A stretch of DNA of 61,690 nt from Candidatus Limnocylindria bacterium (GCA_038255505.1 JBBSLF010000002.1:1-61690), one strand, 5' to 3'; counted from the stretch's first letter, positions 42,563-51,096 are shown. Notes: generated by a model from the sequence alone, not told the origin. A program made the numbers and translations.

Positions 42563-43674
42563 CCGGTCGCAGGCTCCGCATCGGCATCTTTGCCGGCGGC
42601 CGCTCCGCGGAGCACGAGGTCAGCATCGCGTCGGCCGAGGCCGTCCTGCGCGCCATCGACCGGGATCGGTTCGAGCCATCCATCGTCTACATCGACCGCG
42701 AGGGCCGCTGGCGGCTGCCCACGGCCGAGGCTCCGCGCCTCGGTGCGGGCGAGTCGCTTGCTCGGCTGCTGGGCGCCGCAACGCCCGCCGAGGAGGTGGT
42801 CCGGCTGCGTGAGCACGATGACCACGCGCCAGCATCGCTCGGTGACCCGGTGGCACTGGCGGCCCGGTCGGCGGTGCGGTCGCTCGGCGACGCCATCGAT
42901 GTCGCGTTCCTTGCCGTGCACGGACCATACGGCGAGGACGGAACGCTCCAGGGCTTCCTCGAGCTGGCTGGCATCCCGTACAGCGGCGCCGGCGTGTTGG
43001 CGAGTGCCGTGGCCATGGACAAGGTCGTCTTCAAGGACCTTATGCGCGGGCATGGCCTGCCGGTGGTCGACCACGCCTGGTTCCGGCGCTCCACGTGGAC
43101 TCGTGAGCCGGAGCACGTGGTGCGCGAGGTGGCGGAGACGATTGGCCCACGCTCGATCGTGAAGCCGGCGCGCCTCGGCAGCAGCGTCGGAATGAGCCTG
43201 GTTGATGACCTCGACGCGCTGCCAGCCGCACTCGACCAGGCGTTCGGCCATGACAGCAAGGTGATCGTCGAGTCGTACGTGGAGGGGGCGCGGGAGCTCG
43301 AGTGCGGTGTCCTGGGCAACGACGATCCGATCGTCTTCGAGCCGGGCGAAGTGCGGTCGACACATGCCTTTTACGACTACGAGGCCAAGTACGTCGAGGG
43401 GCTCGCGACGGTGGAAGCACGAGCCGAAATCGACTCCGACCTCGCGGTCCAACTCAAGGAGCTGTCGCTGGCCGCGTACCGGGCGGTGGACGCCGCCGGA
43501 CTGGCACGGGTCGACTTCCTCGTCACGCCCGACCAGGTGTTCATCAGCGAGATGAACACGTTGCCGGGCTTCACGGCCACCAGCATGTACCCCAAGCAGG
43601 CCGAGCTCGTCGGACTCTCGTTCACGGCGCTGATCTCGCGCCTGATCGAGCTCGCCCAGGAGCGTGACGGATGA
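42559..43674 (+). CDS. ddl: D-alanine--D-alanine ligase
   Basis: IFAGGRSAEHEVS, HGPYGEDGTLQG, EMNTLPGFT. ATG 42559 overlaps the murB stop; the ORF-track start is 42541. Confidence 0.94.
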   Translation: MTGRRLRIGIFAGGRSAEHEVSIASAEAVLRAIDRDRFEPSIVYIDREGRWRLPTAEAPRLGAGESLARLLGAATPAEEVVRLREHDDHAPASLGDPVALAARSAVRSLGDAIDVAFLAVHGPYGEDGTLQGFLELAGIPYSGAGVLASAVAMDKVVFKDLMRGHGLPVVDHAWFRRSTWTREPEHVVREVAETIGPRSIVKPARLGSSVGMSLVDDLDALPAALDQAFGHDSKVIVESYVEGARELECGVLGNDDPIVFEPGEVRSTHAFYDYEAKYVEGLATVEARAEIDSDLAVQLKELSLAAYRAVDAAGLARVDFLVTPDQVFISEMNTLPGFTATSMYPKQAELVGLSFTALISRLIELAQERDG

Positions 43675-44585
43675 AGCTGAAGGCACAACCTCCGCGGCCA
43701 CGGCGGGTCGCGCGCGCCGCTGCGACAGCCCGCCGCCGCCCGGGGTCCCGCCCTCGCGGTCGCGGCGCGCGACGCCCGACTGCCTCGCTCCAACGACGCC
43801 TGTCGGGCCGCATGCCGTCAATCCGACGGGCGATTGCGACGCTCGGGGCCATTGCGGCGGCCCTCGGGCTGGTCGCACTGCTCAACGGGCCATGGATGCG
43901 CGTGAGCGAGGTGGCGTGGGCCGGCGATCACTTCACCGATGCCAACGATCTCGAGGACCTCCTCGTGCAACAGCGTGGGGTCAGCGTGCTCGCCGTGGAT
44001 ACGGACGCGCTGCGTGACCGCGTGGAGAGCATTCCAGCGGTGGCCAGCGCGGAGGTCTCCGCCAGCCTGACCGGACAGGTGCACGCGTCGGTCGTCGAGC
44101 GCGAGGTGGCGTTCGTGTGGCACACCCGCTCGGCGCGCCTCCTCGGCTCCTCGGACGGCATCATCTTCGCGGCACTGGCTCGCGACGAGGAGATTCCAGC
44201 GAACCTCCGCGCGACCCCCGTGATCAGCGATGAACGGTACGTTGCGCGGGTCATCACCGTCGGCGATCAGCTGCCGACAGGGATGCTCGATGCCGCGATG
44301 CGGATCATGGCGGTCGATCCGGCCGCGCTCGGTTCGGACGCTGGCCAGTTGAGCGTCGTGATCGACGACGAATTCGGCTTCCGTCTGACCGCCGACGATC
44401 CCGGCTGGGAGCTGGCGCTCGGCGTGTACGGCATCGATCCACGCGAGACCACGGCCGAAGCGATCACGCGACTCGAGCGCCAGGTGACTGCGGTGCGCAC
44501 GCTGTTCGCAGCGGAATCCGAGGGTGAGATTGGATGGGTGGATGTCCGCAACCCCGGGAAGGTATATTTCCGTGCCAAGGGGTGA
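43671..44585 (+). CDS. ftsQ: cell division protein FtsQ/DivIB
   Basis: Arg-rich N-terminus, one TM, POTRA-like domain. Position between ddl and ftsA supports the call. Confidence 0.8.
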   Translation: MKLKAQPPRPRRVARAAATARRRPGSRPRGRGARRPTASLQRRLSGRMPSIRRAIATLGAIAAALGLVALLNGPWMRVSEVAWAGDHFTDANDLEDLLVQQRGVSVLAVDTDALRDRVESIPAVASAEVSASLTGQVHASVVEREVAFVWHTRSARLLGSSDGIIFAALARDEEIPANLRATPVISDERYVARVITVGDQLPTGMLDAAMRIMAVDPAALGSDAGQLSVVIDDEFGFRLTADDPGWELALGVYGIDPRETTAEAITRLERQVTAVRTLFAAESEGEIGWVDVRNPGKVYFRAKG

Positions 44586-44644
44586 CGCGCGCGCCGGGAC
44601 GCGGAGCCTCGCCTGGCGAGACACTCGTTTCGGAATTCGTCCAC

Positions 44645-44968
44645 ATGTGGCTTCCTCTTGTCGGCCTTGCGCTCGGAATCGCGCTCGGGCTGGTGCTCAA
44701 TGTCAACGTGAGCCCCGACCTGGCGCGCTATACGGCGGTGGCCATCCTGGCCGGGCTGGACTCGGTACTCGGCGCGATTCGGGCCGAGCTCGATGCGCAC
44801 TACGACAACCGGATCTTCCTGAGTGGATTCATCACCAATGCGCTCGTGGCGGTCGCGCTGACGTTTGTCGGCGATCGGCTGGGAATCGACCTGTACCTGG
44901 TCGCTCTCTTTGCCTTCGGCCTGCGCATCTTCCAGAACGTGGCGCTCATCCGGCGCCACTTCCTGTAG
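44645..44968 (+). CDS. sbp: small basic protein Sbp (DUF1290, YlxX-like)
   Basis: MWLPLVGLALGIALGL...YLVALFAFGLRIFQNVALIRR is collinear with Bacillus subtilis Sbp as I recall it. It sits in the same position, upstream of ftsA. Confidence 0.85.
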   Translation: MWLPLVGLALGIALGLVLNVNVSPDLARYTAVAILAGLDSVLGAIRAELDAHYDNRIFLSGFITNALVAVALTFVGDRLGIDLYLVALFAFGLRIFQNVALIRRHFL

Positions 44969-45024
44969 GCTCGGACGGCAGATCTGGCCCGCTCGGTCGA
45001 GCGCGGCCCTAAGCAGGAGAGAGA

Positions 45025-46260
45025 TTGGAACGCGAAGCGGTCCTTGTCGGCATCGACGCGGGGACGACGAAGGTCACGACCTTGATCGGCGAGGTCGGGC
45101 GAACCGGTGACGTGAACGTGATCGGTTATGGCATTGCGCCCTCAGCCGGCATGAAGAAGGGAATGGTCGCGAATATCGACCAGACCGTGAATTCGATCGC
45201 CTCGAGTGTCGAGAAGGCCGAGCGCCTGAGCGGCTACAAGATCAGCTCGGCGTTCGTCAGCGTGGGCGGCAGCCACATCAGCAGCCAGAACTCGCGGGGC
45301 GTGGTGGCCGTCTCCGGACACAAGCGCGAGGTGAGCCGCGAGGATGTGGCGCGCGCCACCGAGGCCGCCAAGGCGGTCCAGGTGCCGTCAAACCGCGAGA
45401 TCCTGCATGTCGTCGCGCGCGGCTACATCGTGGACGGCCAGGAAGGGATCAAGGACCCGCTCGGCATGAGCGCGGTGCGGCTCGAGGTCGAGACGCACAT
45501 CGTGGCTGGCGCCGCGACATCGGTCCAGAACCTGTCCAAGTGCGTCACCAGCTCGAGCGTCCAGATCGACGAGATGGTGATCAGCTCGCTGGCAGCCGCC
45601 GAAGCCACTCTGACCGATACCGAGAAGGAGCTTGGCGTGCTCGTGGCCGATATCGGGGGCGGCACGACCGATATCGCGATCTTCGTCGACGGTGCGGCCT
45701 ATCACACTGCCGTCCTGCCGGTGGGTGGGATCAATGTCACCAACGATGTCGCCATCGGCCTGCGCACGTCGCTCAACTTGGCCGAGGAGATCAAGATCAA
45801 GCACGGCACCGCCAACATGGCCGAGGTCGAGCCGGAGGATCTGCTCAATGTCGCGGTGCTGGGCGAGTCCGGTGGGCAGACCATTCAGCGTCGCAAGTTG
45901 TGCGAGATCATCGAGGCGCGCATGGGCGAGATCTTCAGCCTCATTGGCGAAGAGGTGAAGCGTTCCGGGCATGCCGGCATGCTTCCGGCCGGCGCGGTCC
46001 TGACCGGCGGCGGTGCTCGCCTGGCGGGCGTCGAGGTGTTGGCGCGCGAGACGCTTGACATGCCCGTACGCGTCGGCTCGCCGCAGGGCGCTGGCGGGCT
46101 GATGGACCAGATCGGCAATCCCGCCTTCTCGACCTCGATCGGTCTGCTCCTGTGGGGTGCCCACCATATCGGCGAAGAGCCGATCGGGTACGGCGGCAGC
46201 AACGGCGTCAACCCGCTGTCCCGCATCGGGGAGTGGATCCGCAACCTCTTCCCGGGCTGA
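45025..46260 (+). CDS. ftsA: cell division protein FtsA
   Basis: TTG start after AGGAGAG. Actin-fold motifs VGIDAGTTK and LVADIGGGTTDI. Confidence 0.94.
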   Translation: MEREAVLVGIDAGTTKVTTLIGEVGRTGDVNVIGYGIAPSAGMKKGMVANIDQTVNSIASSVEKAERLSGYKISSAFVSVGGSHISSQNSRGVVAVSGHKREVSREDVARATEAAKAVQVPSNREILHVVARGYIVDGQEGIKDPLGMSAVRLEVETHIVAGAATSVQNLSKCVTSSSVQIDEMVISSLAAAEATLTDTEKELGVLVADIGGGTTDIAIFVDGAAYHTAVLPVGGINVTNDVAIGLRTSLNLAEEIKIKHGTANMAEVEPEDLLNVAVLGESGGQTIQRRKLCEIIEARMGEIFSLIGEEVKRSGHAGMLPAGAVLTGGGARLAGVEVLARETLDMPVRVGSPQGAGGLMDQIGNPAFSTSIGLLLWGAHHIGEEPIGYGGSNGVNPLSRIGEWIRNLFPG

Positions 46261-46329
46261 TTTTTTCCGGGCTGATCGCCTGGCGTTCCCCCCAGCGATG
46301 CGGGTACACGGCGGACTGACAAAGCACGA

Positions 46330-46403
46330 CGTGGAAAAAGGGTGACCGGTCGTCCACTCTGACGGTGCATGCTGTGGATAAGTCCGCCCCGAAATGTGGA
46401 AAA
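46330..46403 (-). promoter_or_regulatory. cluster of DnaA-box-like 9-mers upstream of ftsZ
   Basis: Read on the plus strand: CGTGGAAAA (46330-46338, 7/9), TGTGGATAA (46373-46381, the perfect complement of TTATCCACA), TGTGGAAAA (46395-46403, 8/9). All three share one orientation. Confidence 0.45.
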
Positions 46404-46423
46404 CGTCCGACGCCGTCATACGC

Positions 46424-46442
46424 TGATCGCTAGAATCGATCA
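46424..46442 (+). promoter_or_regulatory. candidate ftsZ -10 element embedded in a palindrome
   Basis: TGATCG-cTAGAAT-CGATCA. The -10-like TAGAAT (46431-46436) is flanked by 6-bp inverted arms, about 70 nt upstream of the ftsZ ATG. The -35 is weak. Confidence 0.35.
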
Positions 46443-46505
46443 AACCCTCGAAGCCCTCTCACCTGACCATATCCAGCCACACTGCCGTGCAGAGGATCAC
46501 CCGAA

Positions 46506-47759
46506 ATGCCGCTCCGATCTGACTCCGAGAACTTCGCCCTGATCAAGGTCATCGGCGTCGGTGGCGGTGGCTCGAACGCCGTCAACCGCATGATCCGCGC
46601 AGAGATGATGGGCGTCGAGTTCATCAGCGTGAACACCGATGCCCAGGCGCTCCTCCAGAGCGATGCACCTCACAAGATTCGCATCGGCGACAAGATGACG
46701 CGCGGCCTGGGTGCCGGGGCTGATCCGCAGGTCGGACAGCGCGCGGCCGAAGAGGACAGCGAGAAGATCTACGAGGCGCTCAAGGACGCCGACATGATCT
46801 TCATCACCGCCGGTATGGGCGGTGGAACGGGTTCTGGCGCCGCACCGGTGATCGCCGAGATCGCCAAGGACCTCGGCGCGTTGACGGTTGGCGTCATCAC
46901 CAAGCCATTCAGCTTCGAGGGCGTGCGTCGCAAGCTCGTAGCCGAGCAGTACTCGGAGCTGCTGAAGGAGAAGTGCGACACGCTCATCACGATTCCGAAT
47001 GATCGGCTGCGCGAGGTGGTCGACAAGAAGACGAGCATCGTCGACGCCTTCCGTGTGGTGGACGACGTGCTGCGCCAGGGTGTGCAGGGCATCTCCGACC
47101 TGATCACTGTTCCCGGGCTCATCAACCTGGACTTCGCCGACGTGAAGACGATCATGCGCGATGCCGGCTCGTCGATGATGGGCATCGGTATTGCGACTGG
47201 CGAGAACCGTGCAGTCGACGCCGCCCGCGCAGCTGTGATGAGCCCGCTGCTCGAGGTCAACATCCAGGGCGCGCGCGGCATCCTGTTCAACGTCACCGGC
47301 GGTTCAGACCTCGGGCTGTTCGAAGTCAATGAGGCGGCCGAGGTCATCAAGGAAGCCGCGGATCCGGAGGCGAACATCATCTTCGGCACCGTCATCGACG
47401 ACCGGATGCGCGACGAGGTCAAGGTCACCGTCATCGCGACCGGCTTCGACGGCACCAAGAAGACCAAGCCACAGAACCGTTTCGGCGCCGATGCCGCGGG
47501 CGACGTCGAGCAGTCCCTGGACGACCGCAGCCGCGAGATCCTGGCCGAGATCGAGCGCGATCGCGAGCAGCGTCAGAGTCTCGAGGACCAGATGGGCAGC
47601 GAGTCTCCCTTCGCCCGTCCCACTGAGCGCGAGGCCACAGAGATTCGACCCGCCGAGCGCCGCCCGCTGCCGGTCTCGTCCGGCAATCTCGAGCAGCGTC
47701 CGGCCTACAGCGACACGGACCTCGACATTCCGAGCTTCCTGCGCCGCAAGAACGACTAG
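46506..47759 (+). CDS. ftsZ: cell division GTPase FtsZ
   Basis: [14 protein letters not shown], the tubulin signature [10 protein letters not shown], and the C-terminal peptide [11 protein letters not shown]. Confidence 0.98.
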   Translation: MPLRSDSENFALIKVIGVGGGGSNAVNRMIRAEMMGVEFISVNTDAQALLQSDAPHKIRIGDKMTRGLGAGADPQVGQRAAEEDSEKIYEALKDADMIFITAGMGGGTGSGAAPVIAEIAKDLGALTVGVITKPFSFEGVRRKLVAEQYSELLKEKCDTLITIPNDRLREVVDKKTSIVDAFRVVDDVLRQGVQGISDLITVPGLINLDFADVKTIMRDAGSSMMGIGIATGENRAVDAARAAVMSPLLEVNIQGARGILFNVTGGSDLGLFEVNEAAEVIKEAADPEANIIFGTVIDDRMRDEVKVTVIATGFDGTKKTKPQNRFGADAAGDVEQSLDDRSREILAEIERDREQRQSLEDQMGSESPFARPTEREATEIRPAERRPLPVSSGNLEQRPAYSDTDLDIPSFLRRKND

Positions 47760-47765
47760 ACCGAT

Positions 47766-47790
47766 GCGGGCGCCGCGCCCGCTTGTCCTT
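47766..47790 (+). terminator. candidate intrinsic terminator after ftsZ
   Basis: GCGGGCG-ccg-CGCCCGC (7-bp GC stem) followed by TTGTCCTT, an imperfect U tract. Confidence 0.4.
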
Positions 47791-47986
47791 GAGGGTGGTC
47801 ACAAGCAGGGTCCAAGACCTGACGAGTGCTCCCCGAGGGACAGATCGGTCGTGGCGGGTGCGCTCAGCCCTTGGGTGTCCTCCTGAGGGGACAATTGCGG
47901 TTTCAAGGCCGCGTATGCCCTTCGGGAAGGACGGCACGGATGCTGAAACGTGCGGCCGCGGCGCGCCGGACGTGCAGAATGGACCG

Positions 47987-48685
47987 ATGGAGATCATCGC
48001 GACCAAACCGCCCAGTGCGGAGCAGATTCGCGAGCGGCATGAACGCATCCTGCACCGTCTGCGTGAGGTCGCCGAAACGAATGGCCACGACCCCGAGCGC
48101 CTGAGGATCGTGGCGGTCACCAAGGCGTGGCCGCTCGATGTCGCCCGCGCAGCCGTCGATGCTGGCCTGACGCGGCTCGGCGAGAGCCGGATCAAGGAGG
48201 CTGAACCGAAAGTGGCGGCGCTGCCGGAAGCCGAATGGCACTTTATCGGGCGGCTGCAATCGAACAAGGCACGTCGCGCCGTCCGCGCGTTCCCGCTCAT
48301 CCACTCGGTTGACTCGATCGAGCTGATGGAGCGCCTTGACCAGATCGTCGCCGATGAGGGCCGTCATACCAACCTGATGCTCCAGGTGAACGTGAGCGGC
48401 GAAGCTACGAAGGCCGGACTTGCCCCGGGCGCGCTCGCATTGGTGACGCCGCCGGCAGCAGCGCGCCTCATTGGTCTCATGACGATCGCGCCGATGCGCG
48501 CGTCGCCCGAGGAGGCCCGTGCCGTCTTCGGACGCCTGCGCGGCCTGCGTGACGAACTCCAGGAACGCATCGGCTTCGAGCTGGCGGAACTCTCGATGGG
48601 CATGTCCCTCGACGCCGAGGCCGCGGCGGCCGAGGGTGCCACGCTGGTCCGCATCGGCACGGCGCTGTTCGGGTCGCGTGGCTGA
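47987..48685 (+). CDS. yggS: YggS-family pyridoxal-phosphate homeostasis protein
   Basis: IVAVTKAWP (PLP lysine), HFIGRLQSNK, LSMGMS. The start at ATG 47987 is chosen for typical family length; the ORF is open from 47783. Confidence 0.88.
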   Translation: MEIIATKPPSAEQIRERHERILHRLREVAETNGHDPERLRIVAVTKAWPLDVARAAVDAGLTRLGESRIKEAEPKVAALPEAEWHFIGRLQSNKARRAVRAFPLIHSVDSIELMERLDQIVADEGRHTNLMLQVNVSGEATKAGLAPGALALVTPPAAARLIGLMTIAPMRASPEEARAVFGRLRGLRDELQERIGFELAELSMGMSLDAEAAAAEGATLVRIGTALFGSRG

Positions 48686-48704
48686 TGGCTGCTATCCTCG
48701 GACC

Positions 48705-48956
48705 ATGACCGCCCTCCTCGTCAACTTCCTCCAACTGCTCGCGTTCTTCTTGTGGATCATGCTCATCACGCGCGTGGTCCTGAGCTGGACGAATCCCATG
48801 GGAGGCGGCGCGCTCAGAGCGTTCGTGTTCCAGATGACGGAGCCGATCCTGGCGCCGGTGCGTCGACTTCTGCCGCCCAGCATGGGGATGGATTGGTCGC
48901 CGCTCATCGTCATGCTCCTGCTCGGCGTCGTCATGCGCGTCATCGTTCGCATCTAG
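48705..48956 (+). CDS. yggT: YggT-family membrane protein
   Basis: 83 aa, 2 TM, LLAFFLWIMLITRVVLSW...PILAPVRRLLPP...DWSPLIV. Confidence 0.85.
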   Translation: MTALLVNFLQLLAFFLWIMLITRVVLSWTNPMGGGALRAFVFQMTEPILAPVRRLLPPSMGMDWSPLIVMLLLGVVMRVIVRI

Positions 48957-48968
48957 CCTGGCCGTCGA

Positions 48969-48998
48969 TTGATGGCCGTGACGGCCCCCGGCTATACT
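48969..48998 (+). promoter_or_regulatory. sigma-70-like promoter for tRNA-Val
   Basis: TTGATG (48969-48974), 18 nt, TATACT (48993-48998). The tRNA 5' end is 15 nt downstream. Confidence 0.5.
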
Positions 48999-49012
48999 GC
49001 GGCCTCCTCGAG

Positions 49013-49089
49013 GGGCGATTGGCTCAGTCGGTTAGAGCGCGCGGTTCACATCCGCGAGGTCACTGGTTCGAATCCAGTATCGCCCACCA
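49013..49089 (+). tRNA. tRNA-Val (anticodon CAC), CCA encoded
   Basis: Acceptor GGGCGAT/ATCGCCC, anticodon stem CGCGG/CCGCG with loop TTCACAT, T arm ACTGG-TTCGAAT-CCAGT. Confidence 0.93.
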
Positions 49090-49099
49090 TTTTCACCTG

Positions 49100-50293
49100 A
49101 TGCGCATCCTGCTCACGGCCGAGTCGTACCTGCCGTATGTGTCGGGGGTCACGGTGTCGGTCGACACCCTGGCGCGAGGGCTTGGGTCGCGCGGGCACGA
49201 GGTCCTCGTCATGGCGCCGCGACCGGCGTGGGGCCGCTCGGTCGAGTCGGTCGGCTCACCCGGGCTGGAGCCGCGTCATGCGTGGCTCGCCTCGTACCAG
49301 CTTCCGAGGTTCGCGCCGCCGTCGTACCTTATGCCGTGGCCGGTGCCGTGGCATCGCGGCATGCGCGAGGCGCGGGCATTCAGCCCCGACATCGTCCACG
49401 CGCACCATCCGTTCGTCACCGGTCTGATGGCTCGTGGCATCGCCATCGCGAGCGGCGCGCCGCTGGTCTTCACCCACCACACTCGCTTCGCGGATTACGG
49501 TCATTACCTCGGTCCCCTGGCTGGCCTCGGACGCCGCATGACCGATGCGTTCCTGCGCCGATGGTGGATGAGCTGCGCGGCGATCATCGCGCCGTCGAAC
49601 GATCTCGCCGACGAGATTCGGGGACGGCTGCCACCCGGGCACGGGTCGCGCGTGCAGGTGATTCCGACCGGCATCGACGTCACCGGCATCCGTGCGTTGG
49701 CTCCGGTGAACCCGCGCGCCGCGGCCGGTTGGCAGGCTGACACGATCGTGGCCGCCTCGCTCGGGCGACTGGCCGCCGAAAAGAGTCCCATGACCGTGCT
49801 CGACGCCGTGGCCGCTGCCGGGCCGCGCGTGCCGGGGCTCCGATTGCTCATGATCGGCGGCGGGTCGGAGGAATACGCGCTGCGACGGCGCGCCATGCAG
49901 GCCGATCTGGCGGGGCGGGTTCACTTCACCGGGGCCCTGCCGCGGTCCGATGCGCTCGCTCACCTGGCCGGCGCCGACCTGTTCGTCTTCGCGTCGCGGA
50001 CCGAGACGCAGGGACTGGTGCTGGCCGAGGCCCTCGCCGCCGGGCTTCCGGCGATCGCACTCGACGGCCCGGGGGTGCGCGATTCCGTGCGTAACGGCAC
50101 TGATGGCGTCATCGTGGCGGCCGATCCGCCCGAGCAACGCACAGCTCGGCTTGCCCATGGCATCGTGACCGTCGCCAGCGATCGCGACACAAGATTGGAG
50201 ATGGCGCAACGCGCCCGGACCGATGCCGGACGGTTCGCGGTTGAACAGCGTATCGTCCAGACCGAGGCGCTGTATCGGTCCTCCCAGGGATGA
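49100..50293 (+). CDS. family 4 (GT-B) glycosyltransferase
   Basis: MRILLTAESYLPYVSGVTV is a typical GT4 N-terminus, and the C-terminal half has an E-x7-E-like region (SRTETQGLVLAEALAAGLP). The ORF-track extension from 48752 runs through the tRNA and is rejected. Confidence 0.85.
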   Translation: MRILLTAESYLPYVSGVTVSVDTLARGLGSRGHEVLVMAPRPAWGRSVESVGSPGLEPRHAWLASYQLPRFAPPSYLMPWPVPWHRGMREARAFSPDIVHAHHPFVTGLMARGIAIASGAPLVFTHHTRFADYGHYLGPLAGLGRRMTDAFLRRWWMSCAAIIAPSNDLADEIRGRLPPGHGSRVQVIPTGIDVTGIRALAPVNPRAAAGWQADTIVAASLGRLAAEKSPMTVLDAVAAAGPRVPGLRLLMIGGGSEEYALRRRAMQADLAGRVHFTGALPRSDALAHLAGADLFVFASRTETQGLVLAEALAAGLPAIALDGPGVRDSVRNGTDGVIVAADPPEQRTARLAHGIVTVASDRDTRLEMAQRARTDAGRFAVEQRIVQTEALYRSSQG

Positions 50294-50312
50294 CCCTGGG
50301 GCACCGATAGGC

Positions 50313-50340
50313 TTGCGCGCCCAACCACCGGGCGTACAAT
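50313..50340 (+). promoter_or_regulatory. sigma-70-like promoter preceding a ~280-nt leader
   Basis: TTGCGC (50313-50318), 16 nt, TACAAT (50335-50340). Confidence 0.4.
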
Positions 50341-50625
50341 GCCTGCCATGCGCGTAAGTCTGGTGGCTCGATTCGTTTCTCACCCGTCGATCGACTTCGG
50401 TTCGAGCCGACGTTCGGCGCATCGGTCGCGCCTCGGACTCGATCGGCTGCGCACCGTCTACCACCGACCACGCCAGTCGACGCCGATGACGCCGACCGTT
50501 GGCGCGCTGCGCTCGCAGACGAGCCGATTCCGATTTCCCGCCGTGGGGCGTGCCACCCGGCTTCCCGCCCGCCGACCCGCACTTCCGTTCGGGCTGCCGC
50601 GCGCACGACGCGCATAGCGCGCGCC

Positions 50626-51096
50626 GTGGCCGTCCAGCGGACTGCCCGCGCCACCAGCGCCGGCGGCGTCGTACACCGCACCGTTGATGGCCGCATCCAG
50701 GTCCTGCTCGTCCATCGGCTGATTCCGCGCCTGTGGGCGCTGCCGAAGGGCACCCCCGATTCGGGCGAGACGATCGAGGAGACCGCGCTGCGCGAGACGC
50801 GCGAGGAAACCGGCATGATCGTGGAGATCGAGCGACCCTTGCGGTCGATTCGATATGTCTTCGTTCGCGGTTCGACCCGATTCAACAAGACCGTCCACTT
50901 CTTCCTGATGCGAGCGGTCGGTGGAGCGCTCGATGAGCATGATGCGGAGTTCGACGAGGCGCGCTGGACGGACATGGAGGAGGCGCTCGCGATCGTGAAC
51001 CACGCCACCGAGCGCTCGGTCCTCGAAGCGGCTGCCGATGCGCTGCACGCGGCCGCCACGGACATGAGTGTGACCGCGGCCGAGGCGACGGCGTGA
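50626..51096 (+). CDS. Nudix hydrolase
   Basis: Nudix box GTPDSGETIEETALRETREETGM. GTG start. The stop overlaps the gcvT GTG (GTGA). Confidence 0.88.
   Translation: MAVQRTARATSAGGVVHRTVDGRIQVLLVHRLIPRLWALPKGTPDSGETIEETALRETREETGMIVEIERPLRSIRYVFVRGSTRFNKTVHFFLMRAVGGALDEHDAEFDEARWTDMEEALAIVNHATERSVLEAAADALHAAATDMSVTAAEATA

Noticed and set aside
46252-46276. Direct repeat CCGGGCTGAT-ttttt-CCGGGCTGAT spanning the ftsA stop codon.
   Set aside because: It is a real 10-nt duplication, but short and isolated, with no inferable function beyond a local slippage event.
47791-47986. Possible extra gene or yggS N-terminal extension in the ftsZ-yggS gap (the ORF is open from 47783).
   Set aside because: The translation (MSLRVVTSRVQDLTSAPRGTDRSW...) has no YggS similarity. 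A 232-aa product from ATG 47987 matches typical family length. The gap more likely holds a terminator and promoter.
48752-49099. N-terminal extension of the glycosyltransferase ORF as given in the ORF track.
   Set aside because: It overlaps yggT and tRNA-Val. ATG 49100 gives the canonical GT4 N-terminus.
50294-51092. Expected tandem glycine riboswitch upstream of gcvT.
   Set aside because: No GGAGAG / ACCGAAGGGGCAA-type conserved cores were found by eye on either strand. gcvT is directly coupled to the Nudix ORF. A covariance-model scan is still needed for certainty.
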